A DNA stretch of 64,000 nucleotides from Vulcanimicrobiota bacterium (GCA_050250895.1 JBFWNU010000001.1:3520149-3584148); one strand, 5' to 3'; counted from the first letter of the stretch, positions 49,036-58,753 are shown. Notes: generated from the letters alone by a model not told the origin. A program made the numbers and translations.

Positions 49036-49191
49036 CTTTCCGAGACCGCCAGGGCCGTGAATTGGAGCGTCAAACAGCCCGGGGTGAAGAGTCGCGTCCT
49101 TGGGGCAAGACGCAATGGCCACGAGCCTCGGCAAGAGAAGGGACATTAGGTTTCCGTTGGGCAACGACGGTTGGGTCGCACCATTCCAAGA

Positions 49192-49224
49192 ACTGAAACG
49201 CCACCGGGCGCTCGCCAGCGCCGC
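49192..49224 (+). repeat. Imperfect direct repeat, left copy
   Basis: ACTGAAACG.CACCGGG plus an exact 19-mer GGGCGCTCGCCAGCGCCGC, shared with 51617-51676. Confidence 0.7.
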
Positions 49225-49310
49225 AGGCCGGCAACGGAGAAGGGCGTGACCGTCGCTGAAAGGCGCGCGGGCGCAGTTCTCAGACCACGGGCACTTCACG
49301 CCGCCGCAAC

Positions 49311-50369
49311 TTAGCCGGCTCGAGCCCACTCTAGCAGCCATTCCAATAGCCCGCTCTCGGGCTCGCGTTCCAGCTCGCGCCCCCGGCGATCGCGCCAGAC
49401 CAGCCCCTGGGGAGCCACCCCGCTCACGCGCAAGATGCCCTGATGGATGTTCTTGTGGCAGCGCGAGCACACCACCACCAGATTCTCGGGCACCGTCGGT
49501 CCGCCGCGACAGTAGAACACCACGTGATGCACGTCGAGCCAGAGTCTGTTGGGGCAGCCTGGGCAAGAGCAGCGATAGCCATCCCGCCGCAGCACTGCCC
49601 GGCGCTGGGCGGCAGTCGCCTGACGCTTGCTGGGATTGAACCTCAACCGTCCGGCCAGTTGCAATTTCGACTCGCCCGGACACACGTGTGTCTGCATTGC
49701 CAGCGCCTCGACCGGAGCGACCAGGTCCTGGGCGGCCTCGACCTTGAGCTGCTCTACCTGGCCGCCCAGAAAGTCGGCCAGGATCAGCTCGAACGCCTCG
49801 GCCGGATTGACCGTACCCCCATGGTCCCTCGAGATCACGCCTACAGCTCGCGACCACAGCTCGGACACTTCAGGAGCAACCCGAAAACGAAGCTCCACCT
49901 CTTCTACCATATTCAGGGCCGCCTCGGCCGGAGTGTCACCACGATTGGCCCCGGCCACCAGACGGGCCAGGCGATGAGGCTTGAGGCGCACGGCCAGGTC
50001 AAGCCAGGCCTCTTCGGTCTCGGGCGTCACGATGCGGGTGACCACACGCAGATTGGACCAGCAGATTCGGTTCTCTTCACAGGCTTTGGAAAACAGCGGC
50101 AGCTCTTCGAGATGGCCGGCGATCCGCATCGAATCTAGCGCCTCGCGCTTCTCGACTTTGATGAGCCGGGCGAAGTGGAGAGCCGAATGGCAGCCGGTCT
50201 CGGCGCAAAAATCGGTGCGCTCGATAGCCAACAGACATCGCCCCAGCAGGATGCGAGTCAGGGCCAGGGTGTTGGCCAGGCGACGGATCACCCTTTCCAG
50301 CCGCTCGTGAGGGAGCTTGCTCAAGTTTTCGAGGGTCCAGAACTCGCGTTGTTTATCATCGGTAATCAT
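49311..50369 (-). CDS. HNH endonuclease with DUF222-like N-terminal region
   Basis: RRDGYRCSCPGC...LDVHHVVFYCRGGPTVPENLVVVCSRCH. Start at 50369 or 50450. Confidence 0.88.
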   Translation of the reverse strand: MITDDKQREFWTLENLSKLPHERLERVIRRLANTLALTRILLGRCLLAIERTDFCAETGCHSALHFARLIKVEKREALDSMRIAGHLEELPLFSKACEENRICWSNLRVVTRIVTPETEEAWLDLAVRLKPHRLARLVAGANRGDTPAEAALNMVEEVELRFRVAPEVSELWSRAVGVISRDHGGTVNPAEAFELILADFLGGQVEQLKVEAAQDLVAPVEALAMQTHVCPGESKLQLAGRLRFNPSKRQATAAQRRAVLRRDGYRCSCPGCPNRLWLDVHHVVFYCRGGPTVPENLVVVCSRCHKNIHQGILRVSGVAPQGLVWRDRRGRELEREPESGLLEWLLEWARAG

Positions 50370-50661
50370 AAGGCCATGATAGTCTTTGTCCCCCTTGTTC
50401 GTCAAAGATTCGATGCGGCTAAAACCCTTATTTAATAGGCAATTGCGCATTTTTTGAGAGATGATTATTCGAGCTTTTCGAGGCCAAAATGAAGATTTCT
50501 TCAGACTCGGCTGTTCAAGTGCCTAAGGGGGCCCTGGAGAGGCTGTCACGAGCAGTTTAGGGGCGAGGTTCCAACGAGGCGGTTCGGCGGCCGCATCGGA
50601 AAATTATTTTGACACACGTGTGCGCGGAGGGTTAGGGTCCTCGACGAGTAGGGACAGGGTC

Positions 50662-51284
50662 GCGAATCTGAATCGTTATGCCTACGCGAGCAACTCTCCG
50701 GTTCGTCGTGTTGATGGAAGACGGCTCTGTCTATCACGTCCCCACCGGCAAGTGATACGCACCTGACGGAATCCAGGATGTGAGCTTCGACATTGCCGGA
50801 ATGCTCAATGCCCAGGTGGCCACTCTCAATATGGTGGCCGCCGCCGCAAACGGAAGGGCCCGATTTCCCCTGGTGATAGTACGAGCCTCCCAGGGCGCGA
50901 ACCGATGGGTCCATATAGCCAAACTGGTGGGCACCATATTCACGCGAAGGCCGCATTTCTCAAAGCTCCTTGCATAAACAACCCCACAAGGATCGAGAAC
51001 GCTATGTTCGAGATCAGCGACGACTACATGTCAACACAGGGCATCACGCAGCGAAAAATCACGACCTTCCAACATCAAGAATACCGTCGTCTCTTCAGAG
51101 AGGGAATTCCCATCACCATGGCTGAACAACTCGCATCGCGCTGCAGGGACTTGTTGTTGACGGTGCAGACCCACAGGTGGCAAGAGCCTTAGTTGCAGAG
51201 TCATCGCACGTGCTACGCAGCCTGGGAATACACCTTCCCACCAACGCTCCCTGGGTTCCCAAACTGCACGGACCGGGGTTTTGA
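50662..51284 (+). pseudogene. Orphan Rhs C-terminal toxin, frameshifted
   Basis: Rhs core end ANLNRYAYASNSPVRRVD(+1)EDG, then an in-frame TGA and frameshifts. Toxin domain GGHHIHAKAAF...E(H, -1)TRIALQGL...TNAPW. The region looks lower in GC. Confidence 0.7.
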
Positions 51285-51285
51285 A

Positions 51286-51621
51286 ATGGAAAATGCATCG
51301 AGATACAAGCGACTGATCGATCTCTTTGTCAGTAGGAGTGGCTCGATCACTTCCAGGAAGATACGGAACGGTGATTTTTCGAACGAAGATAGGGACATCA
51401 ATGATTTCGTAAAGCGTCTCGACAAAAGAGAGCGCGAAATCCTGGGCAACCTCCTCGAAGAAGAACGGAAGGATGCCTTCCATGACGTCCTCTTTATCCT
51501 TGTGGAAAATAAAATTGGGCTTCACGACAGTGATGGTCCGATCGACTATGACTATACCCAAGACTATCACGGTGACTACGTGCATCGGTTGGCTGGGGAG
51601 CCGTGGTATGACGAGGACTGA
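51286..51621 (+). CDS. Putative cognate immunity protein (DUF6547-like)
   Basis: ATG 1 nt after the toxin stop. 111-aa charged protein, YKRLID...FHDVL...DYVHRLAGEPW. Confidence 0.65.
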   Translation: MENASRYKRLIDLFVSRSGSITSRKIRNGDFSNEDRDINDFVKRLDKREREILGNLLEEERKDAFHDVLFILVENKIGLHDSDGPIDYDYTQDYHGDYVHRLAGEPWYDED

Positions 51622-51737
51622 AACGTCACCGGGGCGCTGACGCGCCCTTTGCCCAAAGGGCGCTCGCCAGCGCCGCGGGACGGTGAGAGTGGGCTGAGGC
51701 GCGCCTCTGTCGTGTTCAACGTGGTGAGAGGCGCGCC
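51617..51737 (+). repeat. Imperfect direct repeat, right copy, with hairpins
   Basis: Matches 49192-49224. Hairpins GCGCCCTTTG/CAAAGGGCGC and GGCGCGCCTCT/AGAGGCGCGCC. Confidence 0.7.
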
Positions 51738-51795
51738 CGCCGCCCTCCCACGTCTCGCGGCGCCTTGAGGATGCACCAGAAACCGGCTCCCCGCG

Positions 51796-54700
51796 CTAGC
51801 TCTCTTGCCGTGATACCTGGATGTCGTTCACCCAGATCTCGTCTTCGTTGACTTCCAGGTTGCCCCCCGACTCGCTGGCCAGCGACTTCTGCAGAACCAT
51901 GGCGTCGATGACTTCCGAGACGCGGCGTTCCAGCGGTCGCTGGTCGGAAGGCTGCAGGGCCTCTAGCGTCTGCTCGTAGACGGCAGGGTCCAGGCCGTTG
52001 TCGGCGGCCTGCTTGAAGGCCGCTTTGAGTTGATGCAAGCTCTCGCGCAGCTGGTCGGGGCTAAAGCCGCTGGTCAGACCGAACACGACCGCCGGGCGAC
52101 CGAAGACACCGGCTTGCTGGAACAGCTCCAGCGCGGGTCGTTCATAGTATTCCCAGTTGGTATAGCTGTCGTCGTAGGGTAGGTGGGCGTCCAGAGCGCT
52201 GCGCAGCTTCTTGAGTTGCGCCCGGGTCGAGTCGACGGTCGCGCCCTCTTGCAGCGCGGCGGCGGCTGCCGGGTAGAGATTGCCCAGGTCTTGCTGCAGC
52301 GCGAGACGCTCCTCGAGGCTGGCGGCGCCGGCCGGCGTGAGGGCCTGGGCCAGTGGAGCTGTGTCTTTCTTCTCGGCCAGCAACTGCAAGAAGAGCTGGC
52401 GGGCCGGCTCGCACTCTGGGGCGAGCAGGTCGTCCTTGTAGAATCTGTAAGGGCTGGCCAGGGTGTATTCCCAGTGGGCGTAGTCGTCTTCGTACTGGCG
52501 GCTCGCCTCGGCCGCCCGGCTGAACTCGTCGAGGCGGGCGCGGGCCTGGTCGAGGGTGCTGCCCTGGGCCATGTCGGCGGTCGCCAGGTCGTACATCTGC
52601 TGGGGAAATTTGCCCTTTTGGAGCTGGCCGAAGACCTCGATACGCTGCTGCAGATCGAGTCCTGGTACCTCGGGAAGGACGTGACCGACCGAGTTCGCCT
52701 CTTGCTTGTTGGTCAGCAGTTCCAAAAAGAGCTGGCGGGCCGGCTCGCGGCCCGGGGCTAGCAGGTTGTCTTTGTAGAACCGGTAAGGGCTGCTCAGAGT
52801 GTATTCCCAGTGGGTGTAGTCGTCTTCGTACTGGCGGCTCGCCTCGGCCGCCTGGTTGAACTCGTCGAGGCGGGCGCGGGCCTGGTCGAGCGTACTGCCC
52901 TGGGCCATGTCGGCGGTCAGCAGGTCATACATCTGCTGGGGAAATTTGCCCTTTTGGAGCTGGCCGAAGACCTCGATGCGCTGCTGCAGATCGAGCCCGG
53001 GTACCTCGGGAAGGACGTGACCGACCGAGTTCGCCTCTTGCTTGCTGGCCAGCAGTTCCAAAAAGAGCTGGCGGGCCGGCTCGCGGCCCGGGGCCAGCAG
53101 GTTGTCTTTGTAGAACCGGTAAGGGCTGCTCAGAGTGTATTCCCAGTGGGTGTAGTCGTCGTCGTACTGGCGGCTCGCCTCGGCCGCCCGGTTGAACTGG
53201 TCGAGGCGGGCGCGGGCCTGGTCGAGGGTGCTGCCCTGGGCCATGTCGGCGGTCAGCAGGTCATACATCTGCTGGGGAAATCGGCCCTTTTGGAGCTGGC
53301 CGAAGACCTCGATACGCTGCTGCAGATCGAGTCCTGGTACCTCGGGAAGGACGTGACCGACCGAGTTCGCCTCTTGCTTGCTGGCCAGCAGTTCCAAGAA
53401 GAGCTGGCGGGCCGGCTCGCGGCCCGGGGCCAGCAGGTTGTCTTTGTAGAACCGGTAAGGGCTGCTCAGAGTGTATTCCCAGTGGGTGTAGTCGTCTTCG
53501 TATTGGCGGCTCGCCTCGGCCGCCCGGTTGAACTCCTCGAGGCGGGCGCGGGCCTGGTCAAGCGTGCTGCCCTGGGCCATGTCGGCGGTCAGCAGGTCGT
53601 ACATCTGCTGGGGAAGTCTGCCCTTTTGGAGCTGGCCGAAGACCTCGATGCGCTGCGTTAGATCGAGCCCGGGCACCTCGGGAAGGACGTGACCGACCGA
53701 GGTGGCCTCTTGCTTGTGGGCCAGCAGTTCCAAGAAGAGCTGGCGGGCCGGCTCGCGGCCCGGGGCCAGCAGGTTGTCTTTGTAGAAACGGTAAGGGCTG
53801 GCCAGGGTGTATTCCCAGTGGGTGTAGTCGTCGTCATACTGGCGGCTCGACTCGGCTGCCCGGCTGAATTCGTCGAGGCGGGCGCGGGCCTGGTCAAGCG
53901 TGCTGCCCTGAGCCGTGTCGGCGATCAGCAGGTCATACATCTGCTGGGGAAATCTGCCCTTTTGGAGCTGCCCAAAGACCTCGATACGCTGCTGCAGATC
54001 GAGCCCCGGCACCTCGGGAAGGACGTGACCGATCGAGGTGGCCTCTTGCTTGTTGGCCAGCAATTCCAGGAAGAGTTGGCGGGCCGGCTCGCGGCCCGGG
54101 GCCAGCAGGTTGTCTCGGTAGAATCTGTAAGGGCTGGCCAGGGTGTATTCCCAGTGGGTGTAATCGTCTTGATGCTGGCGAGCCGACTCGGCGGCGGTGG
54201 CGAATTCTTCGGTCCGCTGGCGGGCCTGTTCGAGGCTGCTGCCGTTGCGGAGTTCCCCGGTGGCCAGCTCGTAGTATTGCTCGGAGAACGGAGATTTGCG
54301 GAGTTCGCGCATCATCTCGATCCGCTCGGACAGTGTGGTCGAGCCCACCTGCGGCAGCAGGATGCTGACGAGGGCGCCGCGACCGGCGGCCAGCTCCTGA
54401 CAGTAGAGGTCGCGGGCCTCGGCTAGCTGGGGTGCGGCCAGGCTAGAGGTCACAAATTCGCGGGCCGGGGCTGCCACATTCTCCTCGAAGTCCCATGAGG
54501 AGGAATCTCGTCCGCTCAGCAGAGCCGTGATCAGTTGGTCCAGACTGGACCTGGCCTCGGCACTCGAGTTGCCGGCGTGCAGCAGCGAGACATAGAGGTC
54601 ATAGTATGGCTCGGGATTGTCCATCCGCGAGGCGGTGGCCAGGGCTTCGAGGCGTTCGGCGAGCGGCGCCGCGCCGCGGTCGAGGCAGGCGGTCGATTTG

Positions 54701-55782
54701 AGCTGGCCCAGCAGATTGGTGGCTTCGACCGCTTTTTCGAGGCTGCTGGTCTGGAACAGCTCGGCTACCCTGGCCTCCTGGCCTGGCACCGCCGACTGGC
54801 ACGCCGCCAGGGGGTCTTTGGCAAATCTCTGGTAAAATTCGGCCCGTTGGCCTCCGAGCTTGATGACTTCGGCCATGGCTTCGGGCTTCTCGCCTTCGAG
54901 GCAGGCCAGGGCGGCCCGCGCGCCCTGCAACAGTGACAGGTCGGCTTTCGGCGCGTAAAGACCCAGCGGTTCAAGCGCTCGAGCCGCCTTGTGGGGACGC
55001 TCGCCTAAGAGGCGAAGTCGGGGCGGCATATCCTTTGGTTCGAGTTCGCCGATCATCCCCTCTACTACCCGTCGCAAGGGCGAGGGTAGCGGATAGAGCC
55101 GGGCCTCGTCCATCCGTCCCAGATCGGTGGTCAGGGCTTCTACCAGCTGAGCTGCCGCTTCGGCCGGATTCTCTCTGAGATTGCGCTCGAATTCAGAGCG
55201 GTCGCGCGTTTTGGGGGGAGTGGTTCCGCCAAGACGGGCCAGGGGAAATCCGTCTTCGAAGGCGACCACGGGACGGTGGGCTTGGGCCTGCTGATAGGCT
55301 TCGTAAAGGGGCAGATTGCGTCCCGACTCGAGATCCAGCAGTTGGTGACCGGCCATCAGGGCGGCCGTGGGCGGTAGCGCCCGGGCGCTTTCACCGGTGA
55401 GCGAAACCTCGAGCACAGCCAGGTCTTGGGAGCTAGAGAGGGGGACTTTTCGCCCTTCGAGTTCGACTCGAAGCCGCTCATCGCCTCGGTTGAGAGCGTC
55501 GGCCGCCTCCTGATGCGAGACGGGCTTGTGGGCGTCCGTCCAGGGCCAATGAAAGGCTTTCTTGTGCCAGAAGCTGCACGGCAGGCGCGACAGTTCGTCG
55601 GCCAGCACAGGGCCGGCCGGGCCAGAGACCGCAGCCACCACCGCCTGGGCCAGGGGGGCTGGGGCGATCGGGCTCGGCCCCTGCTGGCTGAGCTCGATCT
55701 TATCGATAGCTTGAGTTTTGGCCTGCGGCTCTGACGGGGCGCGGAAGACCGTCGGCCGATAGGTCACAGGATGAATCCGCAT
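51796..55782 (-). CDS. 1328-aa protein with 112-aa tandem helical repeats
   Basis: DDY(T/A)HWEYTL motif six times at an exact 336-bp spacing. Confidence 0.9.
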   Translation of the reverse strand: MRIHPVTYRPTVFRAPSEPQAKTQAIDKIELSQQGPSPIAPAPLAQAVVAAVSGPAGPVLADELSRLPCSFWHKKAFHWPWTDAHKPVSHQEAADALNRGDERLRVELEGRKVPLSSSQDLAVLEVSLTGESARALPPTAALMAGHQLLDLESGRNLPLYEAYQQAQAHRPVVAFEDGFPLARLGGTTPPKTRDRSEFERNLRENPAEAAAQLVEALTTDLGRMDEARLYPLPSPLRRVVEGMIGELEPKDMPPRLRLLGERPHKAARALEPLGLYAPKADLSLLQGARAALACLEGEKPEAMAEVIKLGGQRAEFYQRFAKDPLAACQSAVPGQEARVAELFQTSSLEKAVEATNLLGQLKSTACLDRGAAPLAERLEALATASRMDNPEPYYDLYVSLLHAGNSSAEARSSLDQLITALLSGRDSSSWDFEENVAAPAREFVTSSLAAPQLAEARDLYCQELAAGRGALVSILLPQVGSTTLSERIEMMRELRKSPFSEQYYELATGELRNGSSLEQARQRTEEFATAAESARQHQDDYTHWEYTLASPYRFYRDNLLAPGREPARQLFLELLANKQEATSIGHVLPEVPGLDLQQRIEVFGQLQKGRFPQQMYDLLIADTAQGSTLDQARARLDEFSRAAESSRQYDDDYTHWEYTLASPYRFYKDNLLAPGREPARQLFLELLAHKQEATSVGHVLPEVPGLDLTQRIEVFGQLQKGRLPQQMYDLLTADMAQGSTLDQARARLEEFNRAAEASRQYEDDYTHWEYTLSSPYRFYKDNLLAPGREPARQLFLELLASKQEANSVGHVLPEVPGLDLQQRIEVFGQLQKGRFPQQMYDLLTADMAQGSTLDQARARLDQFNRAAEASRQYDDDYTHWEYTLSSPYRFYKDNLLAPGREPARQLFLELLASKQEANSVGHVLPEVPGLDLQQRIEVFGQLQKGKFPQQMYDLLTADMAQGSTLDQARARLDEFNQAAEASRQYEDDYTHWEYTLSSPYRFYKDNLLAPGREPARQLFLELLTNKQEANSVGHVLPEVPGLDLQQRIEVFGQLQKGKFPQQMYDLATADMAQGSTLDQARARLDEFSRAAEASRQYEDDYAHWEYTLASPYRFYKDDLLAPECEPARQLFLQLLAEKKDTAPLAQALTPAGAASLEERLALQQDLGNLYPAAAAALQEGATVDSTRAQLKKLRSALDAHLPYDDSYTNWEYYERPALELFQQAGVFGRPAVVFGLTSGFSPDQLRESLHQLKAAFKQAADNGLDPAVYEQTLEALQPSDQRPLERRVSEVIDAMVLQKSLASESGGNLEVNEDEIWVNDIQVSRQES
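52380..54180 (-). repeat. 336-bp coding tandem repeat (just over 5 periods, near-identical)
   Basis: GTGTATTCCCAGTGGG at 52463, 52799, 53135, 53471, 53807 and 54143. Confidence 0.95.
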
Positions 55783-55790
55783 GCCCCGTC

Positions 55791-55823
55791 AGGCTACGCT
55801 AGAGGGCCGAAAAATCGCTTAAA
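55791..55823 (-). promoter_or_regulatory. Shared tandem-box promoter, near-leaderless
   Basis: TTTAAG-N5-TTTCGG-N10-TAGCCT-N8-ATG. Confidence 0.55.
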
Positions 55824-56571
55824 ACCACACCGACTTGACGCGTTCGAGTTCGCCCTCGAGTTCGGTCTGCTCGAGAAAGAGGTTAAGCCAGTTGAGAAAG
55901 GCCTGATCGTCGCGCGGGGCCATCCAGCCCAGCGTCTCGCGAGTGAGGGGGGCGTCGGGGCGAATGGCGGCCAGGCGCTGGTCCCGGCGGGCCACCAGCC
56001 GGGCTTCGATGTTGTCGGTGAACATGACGTCGGCCTTGCCGGTGGCGATGGCCTCGGGGATCGAGAGGTTGTCTTCGAAGACCACGATGGTGGCCTTCTT
56101 CAAGTGGGCCCGGGCGAAGGTCTCGTTGGTGCCGCCCGGATTGACGGCCACCCGCACGCCGGGTTGGTCGATGGAGGCCAGGTCGCGAAAGCGATAGGCA
56201 TCCTCGAGGCGAGCCAGGGGACTCTTGCCGATACTCAGATAAGGTCGCGTGAAAGCGCCGTCGGCGGCTCGGGCCAGAGTGCGGGTGATGCCGCCCACGG
56301 CCAGGTCGTAGCGCCCCTCGGTCAGACCCTGGGCCAGGTTGTTCCAATCGGTGGGTACGAACTGGACCTCGGCCTTGAGCGCTCGCGCCGCCAGGCGCAC
56401 GAGATCGACATCCAGCCCCTCATAGGTGTCGCCCCGACGAACCGCAAAGGGAGGATAGTCCCCCGGAGTGCCCACCACCATCACGCCCTTCTCGCGAATG
56501 GTATCCAGGTGCGAGGGTTGGGCCAGGGCCGGAGCCAGCAATAAGAGCAGGAGCAAGAGACGAAGCTTCAC
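55819..56571 (-). CDS. Periplasmic SBP family 3 protein, cyclohexadienyl dehydratase (PheC)-like
   Basis: Signal peptide; GDYPPF, GGITRTLAR, VAVNPGGTNETF and MFTDNIEA motifs. Confidence 0.8.
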   Translation of the reverse strand: MKLRLLLLLLLLAPALAQPSHLDTIREKGVMVVGTPGDYPPFAVRRGDTYEGLDVDLVRLAARALKAEVQFVPTDWNNLAQGLTEGRYDLAVGGITRTLARAADGAFTRPYLSIGKSPLARLEDAYRFRDLASIDQPGVRVAVNPGGTNETFARAHLKKATIVVFEDNLSIPEAIATGKADVMFTDNIEARLVARRDQRLAAIRPDAPLTRETLGWMAPRDDQAFLNWLNLFLEQTELEGELERVKSVWF

Positions 56572-56636
56572 CCGCCGGCTTTCGCTGACCGCCCGGCGGA
56601 GGCCTGGCGGGCCCGATGGCGAACCTTTCTGTAAGG

Positions 56637-58703
56637 ATGAAGATCGATCCCAGCCAGACGCTGCGCCGCCGCCTGATTCGGGTCAGCCGGCGAGTCAACG
56701 CGGACAGCCTCTCAGCCGAGCAGCATCAGCAGTTGGGCCAGGATCTGTCTGCTCTGTCCCAGGCCGCCATCAGTCGCTTCGAGACCCTCGAGCAGACCAA
56801 TTCGCGGCGACGCCAGTTGGGCAAGATGCTATCGCTGGCCAACACGGTCGCCACCTACACGGCGGTGGCCAGCGGCTTGACTGGCACTTCGGGGGTGGCC
56901 CTGGCCACGGCGGCGGCCAGACAGCGGGCCGTAGAAGGTTTTAGCGAGCTTTTGACCGAGACCCGCAGCTTTCTCGAGGCACCTCAGGTGCAGCAGGTGG
57001 GACCCCAGAACCCGCCCGCCGAGATACCCTGGGTCGAGGTGCCGGCCGGCAAGTTCTTGTTCGGTCCCGATAAGACCGAGGTCGACCTGCCCACCTATCG
57101 CATCTCGAAGTACCCCGTCACCAACTGGCAGTTTCAACAGTTCGTCGAGGCCACTGGCTACGAGCCCCACGGCAGCTGGCACGTCCCCGAAGGCGGTTAC
57201 GGCGAGGGGCCTGACGGCGAAGCCAACCACCCGGCCGTCAACGTGTCGTTTCACGACGCCCGAGCCTACGCCCGTTGGGCCGGGGGTCGGCTGGCCAGCG
57301 AAGAAGAGTGGGAGAAGGCCGCCCGCGGCACTGACGGTCGGCTCTATCCCTGGGGCAACCAATGGCGTCCCGAGAGCTGTAACAACGACAGCTATGGCAC
57401 CACCCCGGTCAGCGCCTTTGAAGAGGCTGGCAACGTCAGTCCGTATGGGGCTGTCGATATGGTGGGCAACGTGCTCGAGTGGGTTGACGGCGGGACGGCG
57501 CGCCGCCCCGGAGCGGTGTTGCTCAAAGGCGGGGCCTGGTCCAACAGTCGGGCTCCCGGGGCCGGCCAGCTCGACGATCCCTTCGGAGCCGTACGCCAGA
57601 CCTCTGAGTACCCTGACAGCACTTACGCCGGCTTCGGCTTTCGGATCGTGACCGACCAACCGGTGGGCACCCGGTTCGAGCCCCCCGCACCGGTCGGGGC
57701 GGAAGAGCCGCCTCAGCTCAGTCAGGCCCACAGCGAGCTCATGCAGCAATTGCACCAACCCTTGACCGAGCTGGCTAACAACCTGCAAGAGGGCCGACCC
57801 TGGGATGGAGCCCTCGAGCAAAAGATTCGACGCACCCTGCTCGACGTGACGCGTGAGGCCCGCGAACTGCGTCCCCTGGGTGGCAAGGCCGACACCAGGG
57901 TCACCCGCAAAGAAGCGGCTCGCATTCATGGAGCGGCCAATCGCCTGGCCAGTCTCATGACGGCGGCGGCCACTGGTTCGGCACCCATCGCGACCACCAT
58001 GGTGAAGCTCGGTCTGGTCGAGGACTTGCTCAGGGGCTCGTTGGCCTATCTCGAATCGCGGGCGAAGCTGGTCGAGCCCAAGCCTATCGACCGTCCCAAG
58101 CCGGCCGAGGCCATGTTCGACTTCGCCGAGATTCCGGCCGGTCCGACCAGGGTGGGCCGCGAGGGCAAAGAGGTGCACCTCGACGCCTTCCGCATGTCCA
58201 AGCAGGTCGTTAGCAACAAGCAGTTTCTCGCCTTCGTCACCACCACCGGCTACAAGCCCGAGGGCGGCTGGCGTCCGCCAGCTGGGGGTGTGTATCCTCA
58301 CGAAAAGCAGGGTCTCGAGCCGGCCGTCAACGTCTCTTTCTTCGACGCTCGGGCTTTCTGCGAATGGGCGGGCTGCCGCCTGCCCAGCGAACACGAGTGG
58401 GAGAAGGCGGCCGGCGGTCCCGATGGGGTCGACTCCGCCTGGGAGTCGGGCCGGCTCATCGCCGACCACGGCCGCATCGAAGCGGTCGACCATCAGCACT
58501 ACGTCTCTCCCCATGGCGTCCAGGGCATGGTCGGCAACGTGCTCGAGTGGGTCGAAGGTGGTTCAGAGAAGCGGCCAGGCTCGGTGCTGTTAAAGGGCGG
58601 GGCCTGGAGCAACGGCGGCTTCAAGCCGTTTAGCGTCTCGCGTCACTCCACCGATCTGCCGAACTCGTCCTACGGCGGGTTTGGCTTTCGCGTAGCCCTC
58701 TAG
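56637..58703 (+). CDS. Protein with two FGE-sulfatase (SUMF1/PvdO-like) domains
   Basis: Two copies of PAVNVS..DA...WEKAA...MVGNVLEWV...GFGFR. Start at 56637 (AAGG RBS) or 56616. Confidence 0.88.
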   Translation: MKIDPSQTLRRRLIRVSRRVNADSLSAEQHQQLGQDLSALSQAAISRFETLEQTNSRRRQLGKMLSLANTVATYTAVASGLTGTSGVALATAAARQRAVEGFSELLTETRSFLEAPQVQQVGPQNPPAEIPWVEVPAGKFLFGPDKTEVDLPTYRISKYPVTNWQFQQFVEATGYEPHGSWHVPEGGYGEGPDGEANHPAVNVSFHDARAYARWAGGRLASEEEWEKAARGTDGRLYPWGNQWRPESCNNDSYGTTPVSAFEEAGNVSPYGAVDMVGNVLEWVDGGTARRPGAVLLKGGAWSNSRAPGAGQLDDPFGAVRQTSEYPDSTYAGFGFRIVTDQPVGTRFEPPAPVGAEEPPQLSQAHSELMQQLHQPLTELANNLQEGRPWDGALEQKIRRTLLDVTREARELRPLGGKADTRVTRKEAARIHGAANRLASLMTAAATGSAPIATTMVKLGLVEDLLRGSLAYLESRAKLVEPKPIDRPKPAEAMFDFAEIPAGPTRVGREGKEVHLDAFRMSKQVVSNKQFLAFVTTTGYKPEGGWRPPAGGVYPHEKQGLEPAVNVSFFDARAFCEWAGCRLPSEHEWEKAAGGPDGVDSAWESGRLIADHGRIEAVDHQHYVSPHGVQGMVGNVLEWVEGGSEKRPGSVLLKGGAWSNGGFKPFSVSRHSTDLPNSSYGGFGFRVAL

Positions 58704-58707
58704 GAAT

Positions 58708-58735
58708 AAAAAAAAGGCGGGATTGCTCCCGCCTT
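58708..58735 (-). terminator. Intrinsic terminator between convergent genes
   Basis: AAGGCGGGA-ttgc-TCCCGCCTT with an A8 run, which reads as a U-tail on the minus strand. Confidence 0.85.
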
Positions 58736-58753
58736 ATGGGCAATGGGTTCTTC

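Noticed and set aside
49311-50450. IscB/Cas9-like RNA-guided nuclease
   Set aside because: No PLMP or RuvC motifs. It has only a C-terminal HNH domain, and I see no recognisable omegaRNA.
56637-58703. Diversity-generating retroelement target
   Set aside because: The FGE/CLec fold fits, but there is no reverse transcriptase and no template repeat differing only at adenines.
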